Positions 11,211-22,575 of a DNA stretch of 29,055 bases are shown in pieces. The first letter of the stretch is position 1, and each line of letters starts with the position of its first letter. This stretch comes from Octopus sinensis. Its lineage: Eukaryota. The DNA lies in NCBI RefSeq assembly GCF_006345805.1, contig NW_021833191.1, positions 1 through 29,055 on the forward strand, given 5' to 3'. Under the pieces are notes generated by a model. It saw only the letters and a program-made list of their open reading frames with translations. It did no database searches and was not told the origin of the DNA. Both the position numbers and the translations under genes were made by a program.

Positions 11211-11864
11211 ACACAGGGAGAGAGGGTCGGGTGAATGGTTGTATAGATCACAAATCTTAAAATGTTTGTAGAAGCTTTTTTAAGCGTTGGTTCGGTCAGT
11301 TGCTAAATAAGATTCCTTACGGTGGAGTCACCCCTTTAACATTAATGTTGTATGTTGTAGCTGATATAGAGAAGAGAAGCGTTTCAGAAATATGAGAGAC
11401 GAGTCTTTTTCTCAGAAAAAAGTGTTTTATTTAACAACAATAATATAAATGTGTCACAGAGAATAAATTACAACAGCAAAGAAACAACATAGAATAATCA
11501 CTCTTTGAATATTACATTTGGAAAGCAAATACATAAACTTGTCTTTGTGTGCAACAGAATATTTCAGAAAATATATTAAGCATAAGAAGGGAACAAAAGA
11601 TGCGAATGTGTATATATATGTGATAAATATTTTGCATTTCCGAGCTGAACAATGGTATATGCTAATGAAAAAGATAAACTCTGAAATAAAAAATTTAACG
11701 CCGGTTTTTATATTGTAAAATGTGCCAGAGTGTTAGCATTGTGGTCAGTTAAAAACGCTACAACGGACAGGTCACTATCTACCAACATATTTCGATTCAA
11801 ATCCGATAATGTAGTGTCAACAACAACGGTCGTGTAGAATGTGTCCAACAAAAGCTTCTGCTAT

Positions 11865-11876
11865 CTAATAATAATA

Positions 11877-11930
<54 letters not shown>

Positions 11931-11983
11931 TAGTAATTATTATTATTATTATTATTATTACTATTACTATTGCTATTATTATT

Positions 11984-12033
<50 letters not shown>

Positions 12034-12140
12034 GATATATGTATGTATGCATGCATGCATGCATGCATGTATGTATGTATGTATGTATGTATGTATGCAT
12101 ATATGTATGTATATATGTATGTATGTGTGTATGTGCGCAT
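11865..12140. repeat. (AAT)n/(ATT)n inverted tract, then (TGCA)/(TATG)
   Basis: Direct reading. Confidence 0.95.
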
Positions 12141-12344
12141 GTATGTAAGAATATGCAGTTTCTGGAATAATATATATTCTACTTCAAAATCACTGAGATG
12201 ACCATAACTTCGTAACTCTCAGATACAGCTAGAAAAAAAAATATTGAAAAAATTGTTAGAAATAATGAAATTGACTCTAAATTTCCCGATGATCATCACA
12301 CACACACAAACACCCCCAACAATATATATATATATATATATATA

Positions 12345-12635
12345 TCACGTGACCACGTGACCGACCAGACCATCAGATGTTACACATCGCTGGTCACAAT
12401 GCGTTCGCATTGTTTTAGCCTGCGAATGACGCCACCCCGCTGGCTAAGCGAGCAGGCCAACAGAAGAAAGAGTGGTGAAAGTGTACAGAAGGGATCACCA
12501 CCCCCTGCCGGAGCTTCGTGGAGCTTTTAAGTGTTTTCGCTCAATAAACACACAAAACGCCCAGTCTGGGAATCGAAACCGTAATCCTGCGACCGCGAGT
12601 CCGCTGCCCTAACCACTAGCCCATTGCGCCTCCAC
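12345..12635 (-). mobile_element. tRNA-derived SINE in a (TA)n tract
   Basis: Head gtggaggcgcaatgggctagtggttagggcagcggactcgcggtcgcaggattacggtttcgattcccag is tRNA-like with A and B boxes; flanked by (TA)n. Confidence 0.85.
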
Positions 12636-12839
12636 ATATATATATATATATTATATAATTAGGGCTTAGTAAAATAAATTACTTTGCCACATACTGAACT
12701 TAGTAGAAATAGCAGCCAAAAAAAATTTTCTTAGCATTTCTACTACTTAAAAGAAAATTTCTCTCAGATAATGTTTACTCCAGACAGCCCACGAAGATTT
12801 GGAGGTAAATACAGAAAAATATCACAAGTACATAGATCG

Positions 12840-12902
12840 TTTGAGTACGTCAACGTTTCAAGATTAGCCAAATAAAATCAGCATTTCTTTCGTCAGCTCA
12901 AA
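12840..12902 (-). ncRNA. Type I hammerhead ribozyme (left arm)
   Basis: Exact reverse complement of 13209-13271. Confidence 0.85.
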
Positions 12903-13208
12903 ATTTCTTAATTTGGATTTGGAAACACTAAAAAGAAGGATTAATTAATTGATTAATTGAGGGTAATTAATTTTACCCTCAATTGTTGATATTATAATTC
13001 ATTTCTCTCGGTCATACTGCCTCGGTTCTCGCGGTTAAAATATAATGTTTGCTAGATAGACCACGTGGTGGAAGGGGATTGCAGAGATTTACGCCTGCGC
13101 ATTTTGAATTTGTTGATACTGTTAGTTGGAGTGGTTCATCTGAAGCGACAAGTTCGTTGATAGGTAAAGTTCCTTCTTTTTAGTGTTTCCAAATCCAAGT
13201 TAAGAAAT

Positions 13209-13271
13209 TTTGAGCTGACGAAAGAAATGCTGATTTTATTTGGCTAATCTTGAAACGTTGACGTACTCAAA
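13209..13271 (+). ncRNA. Type I hammerhead ribozyme (right arm)
   Basis: TTTGAG CTGACGA AAGA [22 nt] TCTT GAAACG ttga CGTA CTCAAA: intact CUGANGA/GAAA core, stem I TTTGAG/CTCAAA, stem II AAGA/TCTT, stem III ACG/CGT, GUA triplet with predicted cleavage after 13265. Confidence 0.87.
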
Positions 13272-13549
13272 CGATCTATGTACTTGTGATATTTTTCTGT
13301 ATTTACCTCCAAATCTTCGTGGGCTGTCTGGAGTAAACATTATCTGAGAGAAATTTTCTTTTAAGTAGTAGAAATGCTAAGAAAATTTTTTTTGGCTGCT
13401 ATTTCTACTAAGTTCAGTATGTAGCAAAGTAATTTATTTTACTAAGCCCTAATTATATAATGTAATATTTTGAATTCGCCTTAAATGGTCCTTTTACATA
13501 CTGAACACTTGGTGAAATTGATTAATTAATTAATTTTACCCTCAATTGT

Positions 13550-13579
<30 letters not shown>

Positions 13580-13580
<1 letters not shown>

Positions 13581-16500
13581 CGATCTTCTCAGTATTGAAG
13601 ATACAAGGAAAACGGCCATCATTGACCGTGAACTAAAGAGGCTCAACATAGATATTGCTGGGCTGCAGGAGACAAGACTTCCCTCAAACGGCAGACTCAA
13701 AGAGCAGGACTTCACCTTCTTTTGGCAGGGAAGAGATCCAGAAGAACCTCGTCAACATGGCGTTGGCTTTGCAGTGAGAAACTCACTACTCTCCTCAATA
13801 GAATCACCATCGGGAGGCACTGAGCGTATCCTCTCACTGCGCCTCTCGACTTCTTCTGGCTCAGTACATATACTCAGCATCTATGCTCCCACTCTCTACA
13901 GCTCAGAGGAGACCAAAGACCAGTTCTACAAAGATCTCAACTGTGTCCTAGAAAATATACCAACGACTGAAAATATCTACCTTCTAGGGGATTTTAACGC
14001 TCGCGTGGGATCTGACCATGATTCGTGGCCCATTTGTGTTGGACACTTTGGTATTGGCAACATGAATGACAATGGTCAGAGACTACTCGAATTCTGCACA
14101 TACCACAACCTGTGCATCACAAACACATTCTTTACCAGCAAGCCATCCCACAAGGCATCCTGGAGACATCCAAGATCTCACCACTGGCATCAGCTGGATC
14201 TCATTATTACACGGAGATCCTTTCTGAGTTCCACTCTATTGACCCGCAGTTACCACAGTGCGGATTGTGACACAGACCACTCACTAATTAGAAGCAGGGT
14301 GAGGATTCTCCCTAAAAAAGTCCATCGCTCCAAGAAAGTGGGCCGACCACGCATCAACACCGCCAGAACCTCGGACCCTACACTGCGAAAATGTTTTGCT
14401 GCTTCTATCACGGTTGCCCTCAGTAGCTGCCCAACCTCCTCTGCTGAAAGTAGGTGGGACTATATCAGGGAAGCCTTGTATACGACATCATTGGATACTT
14501 TCGGCATGAGAGAAAGGCAAAACCCAGATTGGTTCAATGCTGGGCTCTCAGAGCTGGAGCCAGTTATCGAAGCAAAGCGTGCAGCTCTGGTGCAATACAA
14601 GAGTGACTCTTCTACAAAGTCACTCGAGGAACTCAGAAAGGCACGAAATAAAACCCAACTGACAGCCAGATGCTGTGAAAATAGGTATTGGCAGGAAATC
14701 TGTCAGAGTATCCAGTCAGCTGCTGACAGGGGCGACACCCGTGGGATGTATGCTGGTTTGAAGAAGGCCCTCGGTCGATCCGCAACCAAGTCAGCCCCTC
14801 TGAAATCAACTACTGGAGATCTCATCAGGGATCAAGGCAAGCAAATGGATAGATGGGTGGAGCACTACCAGGATCTCTACTCACGGGAGACTACAGTGGC
14901 TGAGGCTGCAGTCGAGAGTGTCAAGATCTTGCCAGTCATGTGCGAACTTGACAGTCCGCCATCTATAGCAGAGCTCACCAAGGCTGTTGACTCCCTAGCA
15001 AGAAATAAGGCTCCGGGAAAAGACGGCATCCCCTCAGAGATCATCAAAGCCGGCAAAAACACCATCCTGCTTCGGCACCTTCATGAGCTTCTGTGTCAGT
15101 GCTGGGAAGAGGGTACAGTCCCTCAGGATATGCGGGATGCCAACATCATTACGCTCTACAAAAACAAAGGTGACCGTGGTGATTGTAACAATTACCGTGG
15201 TATATCCCTTCTAAGCACTGTTGGAAAGACCTTTGCCCGCGTTATCCTGGCCAGGCTACAACTACTTGCTTCTCGAATCTATCCGGAATCGCAGTGTGAC
15301 TTTAGAAGAAGCAGATCAACTATCGATATGATATTCTCCATACGCCAACTTCAGGAGAAGTCCAGAGAGCAGAAAATGCCATTATATATGGCCTTCATTG
15401 ATCTAACAAAGGCTTTTGACTCGGTAAGCAGAACAGGCCTCTTCCTCCTGCTCCAAAAAATCGGATGTCCACCAAAGCTGCTGAGGATCATCAAGTCTTT
15501 CCATGATGACATGCAAGGCACCATACAGCACAACGGTTCAACATCAGCCGCCTTCCAAATAAAAAACGGGGTATGGCAAGGCTGTGTCCTCGCTCCTACA
15601 TTGTTTGGCATCTTCTTCTCACTCTTGCTGTCACATGCCTTTCAGACATCAGATGATGGAGTGTTTCTGCACAGTAGAAGTGACGGGAAACTGTTCAATC
15701 GCGCCTGCGTGCCAAGACCAAAATCAGAAACGTCCTGATCAAGGAGATGTTATTTGCTGATGATGCCGCTCTGGTAACACACACAGAAGAAGCCCTCCAA
15801 AGGCTCATTAACTGTTTTGAGCAAGCATGTAACGACTTTGGCTTAGCTATCAGCCTTAAGAAGACCAACATCATGGGCCAGGCTACATCGGACATCCCAA
15901 ACATACATATTGGAGACCACAGATTACAAGAGGTGGAGAAGTTTACCTATCTGGGCTCTACCGTCACCTACAACCTATCCCTTGACGCTGAGCTCAATAT
16001 ACGCATTGGCAAGGCAGCTGCTGCGATGGCCCAACTCTCCAAACGGGCTTGGGACAACAATAAGCTGACCAACAATAAGCTGACCAAGACCACAAAAATG
16101 AAGATCTACCAGGCATGTGTACTCAGCACTCTACTGTATGGAAGCGAGACCTGGACGCTATACACACGCCAAGAGCGTCGCCTAAACATCTTTCACCTGC
16201 GCTGCCTCCGAAAAATCCTCCACATCAAATGGCAGAATCATATCCCCAACAAAGATGTCCTCAGGCAAGCAGGAATACCAAGCATGTTTGCACTCCTCAC
16301 ACAAAGACGTATGAGATGGCTTGGGCATGTTAGCCGTATGAAAGATGGCAGAATCCCCAAGGACATACTCTACGGAGAGCTTGCTAGGGGTACTAGGTCT
16401 GTGGGTAGACCGATCTTACGTTACAAGGATGTTTGCAAAAGGGATATGAAGGCCTGCAACATCAACATTAGCGGTTGGGAGGCAGTCGCCAGCAACCGTG

Positions 16501-16792
16501 GAGAATGGCGACGTACAGTAAAAGAGGGTATACAGAGGAGTGACAGAAAGAGAGAGGAGAAATGGAAAGAAAGGAAGAGACATAAACAAGAGACCATGGC
16601 ACTACAACCAGCCAGGAACAGTCTTCGCTACATTTGCAGTACCTGCCAGAGGGAGTGTTTGTCCAGGATAGGACTACACAGCCACAGCAAGAAATGTAAC
16701 AGGAAATAAAATATAACAGCCGGACTAGACCTAGAAAAAAAAAAAAAAAAAAAATGCGCAACTCCATTGTCTCCCGAGACAGAAAGGATGCC

Positions 16793-16800
<8 letters not shown>
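13580..16800 (+). mobile_element. RTE-clade LINE (APE + RT + C-terminal C2H2-like motif), near full-length ORF, one frameshift
   Basis: IAGLQETRL, LGDFNARVG, QLDLIITR, DTDHSLI (APE); APGKDGIP, NYRGISLLS, FIDLTKAFDSV, GVWQGCVLAPTLF, LFADD (RT); CSTCQRECLSRIGLHSH. Frameshift at ~15700. A-rich 3' end; (TA)n on both sides. Confidence 0.97.
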
Positions 16801-16859
<59 letters not shown>

Positions 16860-16860
16860 T

Positions 16861-16934
<74 letters not shown>

Positions 16935-16935
16935 A
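16800..16935. repeat. (TA)n + (GA)n microsatellite
   Basis: Direct reading. Confidence 0.95.
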
Positions 16936-18699
16936 AATAGTAAAAAGTGAAAAGACTACAGAAGGCTTAAAGGTTACAAAATATATATATTTGCGTCAAT
17001 ATGTTTGAAGAATATTAAAAACATTTTGGGGTTTACAATGACATAGTTTAGAAGAAAGACCGGTTTCGCGTTTAGCTTTTCAAATTTCTTACGACGTTAT
17101 GTTTTTGTTGAATAGAGTTATCGTTATGTTTATGTTTAAAAGAGTTCTAAATAAGGGGAGGTAATGAGTGATTTCTTCCGGTGTAAGGGAGATAATCGCT
17201 TAAAATTTTTTTCCTTTCCCTTGATGTGAATTTCTCTGTATCAGTATGTTGGCATGGTTAAGTCTGGGCTTGTACTTTTCAATGAAGAATGTTTCCTTGT
17301 TTAGTCTAATTTGTGTTAATGATCCGATAGCACATTGGTAAAATGGAAAGATAAAAAATTGTGGTAGTAGTTGCTTTGCGCATTTCTCAATGTGCTCACT
17401 AAAAGGTATCATTCTGTATTCTGGGAATACAATCTGTTGTCGATGCAGTGTGCATCTACGTCTGAATGATAGTCCCGTGGATCCCACGTAGTCTTGGTGG
17501 AAGCGCGAGCATTTTATGACATAAATTATGTTTTCAGAGGCACAAGTAAAGTTAGATTTGATCTTGAATTTCTGTCCCTCTTTAAAGAGGAATTCTGATC
17601 CTTCCAGCAGGTTTGGACATGTTGCACAGTTCGATCTACCACATTTTTTTACATTTGCATCCGTAATTTCAGAAAACAATTTTGCCTTTGTGACAATCTT
17701 TTTAAGTGATTTAGGTTGTTTGTAGCTTTTAATGATTTGGTGTATGTTTAGAATTTCCTTTAATTTGGGGTCCTTATGAAGTATTGGTAAATTCTGGGTG
17801 ATGATGGTGAAGGCTTCTTTGTTTCTGGGGTTGTATGTAGATATGTAAGGTAGTATTTTCGGGGAAGGTGTGTTGTTGTGTTGAACTTTTCTTAAAGTTT
17901 CTATGTTGATTTCTGTTGCACGTCTGATCCCATCCTCTATGAGTTGAGCTGGGTAATGTCTGTCAATTAGGGTGTTTTTGAGTTCTTGCAGTCTAAAGTT
18001 CCTGGTATTTTGTTCTGACACTATTGTGCATATCCTTCTTGCAAGGTTGAAGGGGATGATTGTTTTAGTGTGTCTTGGGTGGCATGAATTAAAAAGAAGG
18101 TATTGTTTGGCGTCTGTGGCTTTGTAAAAAATGTCTGTTTCTATTTTAAGGTTAATTTTTTTAATTAATATATCCAAGAACGGGAGTTCCTTTTGGTTGT
18201 ATTCCATTGTGAACTGTATATTTGGGTTTATGCTGTTCAATAGGTTTTTAAATTTTAGGAGTTTATCTGTGTTTTCATTCCAGAGTATAAAACAATCGTC
18301 TGAGAATCGTTTCCAATTCTCTTTTATGTATTGAGAAAGGGGGTTTCCAAAGATTGATAAAGATTCCTGGTAAATGATTATTTCCATGTAGCCCATTGTT
18401 AGGTTCGCAATGACTGGTGCTGCCCTTGTACCCATAGCAATTCCAGATTTTTTACGGTAAAATGTATTGTCAAACATGAAGTGGTTATTGTGTAGGATGA
18501 ATTCAATTGATTTAGTAATGAATTCTTTACTGATCCTTTTTGGTATTTCTTCCGGAAATTGGTCCAGCCAGAACTGTATTGCCTCTAGTCCATAATTATG
18601 AGGTATACTGGTATATAAGTTAACTACATCAAATGAAACCAGGATTGTTTCTTCCTTGGCTTTTTTTGGAAGGTGGTTTAACATATCTAAGTCATCTCA
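16935..18699 (-). mobile_element. Penelope-like element, Neptune-type, 5'-truncated (494-aa open RT + GIY-YIG)
   Basis: SFDVVNLYTSI, GIAMGTRAAPVIANL, WKRFSDDCF, LPFLDI, FYKATD, Cys linker CGRSNCATC, IIYVIKC...YVGSTG. The Cys-rich linker between RT and endonuclease is characteristic of Neptune. Confidence 0.93.
17052..17090 (-). ncRNA. Degenerate minimal hammerhead in the Neptune 3' UTR
   Basis: AAGAAA t TTGAAAA GC taaac GC GAAAC CG GTC TTTCTT: stem I 6 bp, palindromic ACCGGT, GUC triplet. The first core segment is mutated from CUGANGA. Confidence 0.5.
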
Positions 18700-18708
18700 T
18701 GAGATGAC

Positions 18709-18965
18709 TTTGGAAACCCCCTTTCTCAATACATAAAAGAGAATTGGAAACGATTCTTAGACGATTGTTTTATACTCTGGAATGGAAACACAGATAAACT
18801 CCTAAAATTTAAAAACCTATTGAACAGCATAAACCCAAATATACAGTTCACAATGGAATACAACCCCAAAAAATTTTTAATATTCTTCAGACATATTGAC
18901 GCAAATATATATATTTTTTAACCTTTAAGCCTTCTGTAGTTTTTTCACTTATTACTATTTTCTAT
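18709..18965 (+). mobile_element. Inverted, internally deleted second copy of the Neptune element
   Basis: 18709-~18860 is the reverse complement of ~18195-18352 (RT core). It joins through accccaaaa microhomology to the reverse complement of ~16935-17035 (3' end). Confidence 0.88.
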
Positions 18966-19002
18966 ATATTCAACCATGTGCTTTCACAAACCAACTTTCT
19001 TA

Positions 19003-19058
<56 letters not shown>

Positions 19059-19130
19059 TACACACACACATACGTACATACATACATACATACACGACCT
19101 ACAATCTCGATGTGCTGGATCCACCCACTA

Positions 19131-19765
19131 CCAGAACACATGACCACGACTCATAGATCCGCCCACTCCCAGAACACATGACCACGACCCATAGATCTGC
19201 CTACTACCAGAGCACATGACCACGACCCATAGAACTGCCTACTACCAGAACACATGACAACGACCCATAGATCCGCATACTACCAGAACACATGACCACG
19301 ACTCATAGATCCGCCCACTCCCAGAACACATGACAACGACCCATTGATCAGCCTACTACCAGAACACATGACCACGACTCATAGATCCGCCCACTCCCAG
19401 AACACAATACCACGACCCATAGATCCGCCTACTACCAGAGCACATGACCACGACCCATAGAACTGCCTACTACCAGAACACATGACAACGACCCATAGAT
19501 CCGCCTACTACCAGAACACATGACCACGACTCATAGATCCGCCCACTCCCAGAACACATGACAACGACCCATTGATCAGCCTACTACCAGAACACATGAC
19601 CACGACTCATAGATCCGCCCACTCCCAGAACACAATACCACGACCCATAGATCCGCCTACTACCAGAGCACATGACCACGACCCATAGAACTGCCTACTA
19701 CCAGAACACATGACAACGACCCATAGATCCGCCCACTCCCAGAACACATGACAACGACCCATAGG
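19131..19765. repeat. 38-bp minisatellite, ~17 units, with a 6-unit (228-bp) higher-order repeat
   Basis: Unit ccagaacacatgaccacgacccatagatccgcctacta, starting at 19131, 19169, 19207 and so on. Variant order B-C-A-D-A-E recurs at 19207, 19435 and 19663. Confidence 0.95.
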
Positions 19766-20519
19766 CTGAGGTCAAAATGCATCCAAGAGATTGACTTTAT
19801 CAGATTTATCAAAATTTATCTCAGACATAAAGAAATTAAAACATATTTCACAGTCACACACGTCTCTTGTTTCTTTTGAGGTTCAGTGCATAGCAACACA
19901 AACCAACTCTTCATAATCACACGCCAGAGAGCAGGGAAAACAGTTATCAGCACCGTTTCTCCGTAAATTTCCCGAAGAAGGATTCCTCGCTTCGAAATAC
20001 TGAAACACTAGAGAAGAGTATAAACCACTGACTTGTATTATTAATATTTTGTTACATCTTGCATTGTTTTGGCTTAAAAGAAAAACTATTTAAAAGATTT
20101 ATATGTATGAGACAATGCTTCTTGAAAACCACAGCTGTGCGCGCATGCATACACACACGCACACACACGCGCACACATGCATGCACGTATACCAACACAG
20201 AGTTATGCAATCAATTACACTGAAATCAAGAGGCGATGTTTTACTTACAACCGGACGACGTTTTGTCAGAAAGACCGTAGTTTTCCGTATTTCCACTTTC
20301 TCTTTTGGCTTCTATCCTCCCGGTGTTATACTCGATGGTAAACTCCGGGTAATTGAAACTAATATATTACAATTGATAAATTGTTTTTCTTATATTTTTG
20401 TTATTTTCTATGTTTACATGCTTTTTTTAAATGTAATCCCACACAAAATCGATTGTACCCTCATCGATCTTTTTCTCAAACCTTAAGGTTCATGACGAAA
20501 ACATTATCATTATTATAAG

Positions 20520-20752
20520 ACGGCGAGTTGGCAGAATCTTTAGCATGCCGGATAAAATGCTTAGCAGTATTTTTGTCCGTCTATACATCCTGAGTTCAAA
20601 TTCCGTCGAGGTCAACTTTGCCTATCACCCTTTCGGGGGTCGTTGGAATAATTACCAGTTTGACACTGGTACCGATGCAATCGACAACCACCCCCTGCGC
20701 CCCCACCAAACTGTCAGACTTTCTGCCTATAGTGGAAAGGATTATTATTATG
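20520..20752 (+). mobile_element. tRNA-derived SINE
   Basis: gagttggcagaatctttagc...gagttcaaattccgtcgaggtcaac, (ATT)n tail; homologous to 11000-11210. Confidence 0.85.
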
Positions 20753-20868
20753 GAATTATAATGTTATACAACAATGAGACATAAAGTATATCTGTGAACT
20801 TTCCTCTTATATATACACCGTGAATGTGTTCAAAAGAACAATTATTAGATAATTGAAGAAGATGTTAA

Positions 20869-21042
20869 TTATGAGTAAGGAGATGATATATACTTCGCAT
20901 TGAAAGTCACAGTTTGTGGGACCCAAATGTCAGTCGGATCCACACTGAGTTTTTCTTTCTGGAACCATGATATAGAATTCGTCCCTGTTCCACGGAAAAT
21001 GAATACTGTATCATCATATTTGTTTTTCAACCGAAATTCCAC
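20869..21042 (-). CDS. Candidate exon of an uncharacterised gene or pseudogene
   Basis: Good acceptor (tttactttctatttgcag|GTG). Reads VEFRLKNKYDDTVFIFRGTGTNSISWFQKEKLSVDPTDIWVPQTVTFNAKYISSPYS*, high-complexity, non-TE sequence. Confidence 0.4.
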   Translation of the reverse strand: MEFRLKNKYDDTVFIFRGTGTNSISWFQKEKLSVDPTDIWVPQTVTFNAKYISSPYS

Positions 21043-21397
21043 CTGCAAATAGAAAGTAAACTCGAACAAGTGACAAATCTCAGAGAATGAGGGATGGCAG
21101 AGTTGTAGGAAGAGAAAGGAGACTAGGATGTGATATAAGGAGAGAGTAGGAGGGCGAGAATGAGATGGAGAGAATAGTGGGGGAAGAGTAAGACTTTGAG
21201 TGCAAGAGAAAAAGACTAAAGACGACAATGAGTTGTGGAAAGAGGATAAGAGGAGGAGAGAGATAGAATGTGAGAGAGACAGAGAGACAGACAGACAGAA
21301 GGAGGGAAAATGAGAAGACGAGATGCTATGTCGCGTTAGAAGTGAAAAATTAAGACAGAAATTGATTGGGTTTGAGAGGAAAACGTGGCTGACTTAC

Positions 21398-21555
21398 GAG
21401 TCAGAGAATCAGACTACTAACTAATGAGTCATGATTTCGGAGTCTTTCTAAAAGTTTTGTTGCATCTATAGGAACTAGAAAACCCTGACAAAATCAGGGT
21501 AAAGTAAAGACAAAACCAGCAAGAATCGATCCCACATCAAAGACATATCGATGTT
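21398..21555 (-). pseudogene. Candidate upstream exon with two in-frame TGA codons
   Basis: Acceptor ttcattcctccacag, donor CTC|gtaagt, 158 nt. The phase-0 donor matches the exon at 21042. Reads HRYVFDVGSILAGFVFTLP*FCQGFLVPIDATKLLERLRNHDSLVSSLIL*L. Confidence 0.33.
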
Positions 21556-22575
21556 CTGTGGAGGAATGAAGAGAGATATCAGGAACGGAAGTAAAGGAGT
21601 TGTGACATCACCTCAAGAAAGGGGCTTTCGATCTGCCTCTTCCTTGGTCTAGACTCTTAGGTGGAGAGGATGCCAGAGGGACAGTAGCTTCTGACCAAAT
21701 GCTGGGGTAGTGTAGCTGTGTAGGTTTGTCCAACAAGTTCTTTTGACCCTGGTAGAGTGTAGCTTTTCTGAAGTTCGTCTCGAATTAAAAGCATTTTTAC
21801 TGTCCCATCTACAAATTCGTGAATTTCATCCTTCCACCTCTTCCTTTTAAAATGCAAGACAAACGTTTTTCCTCGCTGACACAGAATCTTCTTATAATCT
21901 CTCTCCGTCTTTCTCTACCTATTGTCTACTCAACCCTATACACCTACACTTATAACCACTCACCATTCTTATTTCGTTCTTAGCAGTTAAAGCCCCTTGT
22001 TATTCCACTTCAAAATATGTATTCCTCATCGATCCAACATCTGTTGCGGTTCTATCGTTCTCCAAGCTCCCCCTTAAATCCCCTTTTCTAGTTATAACCA
22101 TAAAGTGTATGAAAATAAGCCAGAGTATCGAAACTGGATCCTCTTTGTTACTAAAGGCAAACTGCAAGAACAAAATAGACGGTACGAAGGGCACTAAAGT
22201 CATACACCCTTATAATATCGACAGAAAAAAAGGGGAAAATCAAATGCCCCAAAATATAGCGGACTGACCAAAATGGAGTTTGTTTATTAAATGAGGAGAA
22301 TTTTGAAATTCCATTACCTTTTCAATGGGCAATTTGTCCCAGTATAAATAAATAGGACTTCTTTTGAATGAGTTTGGGGTCATCTCAAATACTTTCTGCT
22401 TCTCTGTAACTGTATCAGTAAATAGATAGAAATCAATAATTTACATGAAAATGTACAGACAAGATGTTAACCCTTAAACGGCAAGAAAGTGTTGCATGAC
22501 TATGTTTAACAAACAGGCAAAAAACGAAACAAGCTCTTTTTTTAAGAATATTTTTTATATTTATTTTCATCTTAA

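Larger units (their letters stand above)
12650..13555. mobile_element. Fold-back non-autonomous element (PLE pseudo-LTR/retrozyme-like) with 291-bp inverted arms
   Basis: 12650-12940 is the reverse complement of 13171-13461 with 2 mismatches by eye; 230-bp spacer. 29-bp direct repeat at 12964-12992 and 13527-13555. 12-bp-stem hairpin at the inner junction (~12955-12984). Confidence 0.85.

Noticed and set aside
11400-11860. Possible 3' UTR/terminal exon of a minus-strand gene (AATAAA near 11430)
   Set aside because: Only a common hexamer in AT-rich DNA, with no supporting ORF or splice site.
12560-12635. tRNA genes here and at ~11130-11210, 20520-20600, 25070-25142 and 26090-26175
   Set aside because: They are SINE heads: no complete cloverleaf or acceptor stem, and each continues into a SINE body and tail.
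19131-19765. CRISPR array (38-bp periodic repeats)
   Set aside because: Units are contiguous with no unique spacers, there are no cas genes, and the context is eukaryotic.
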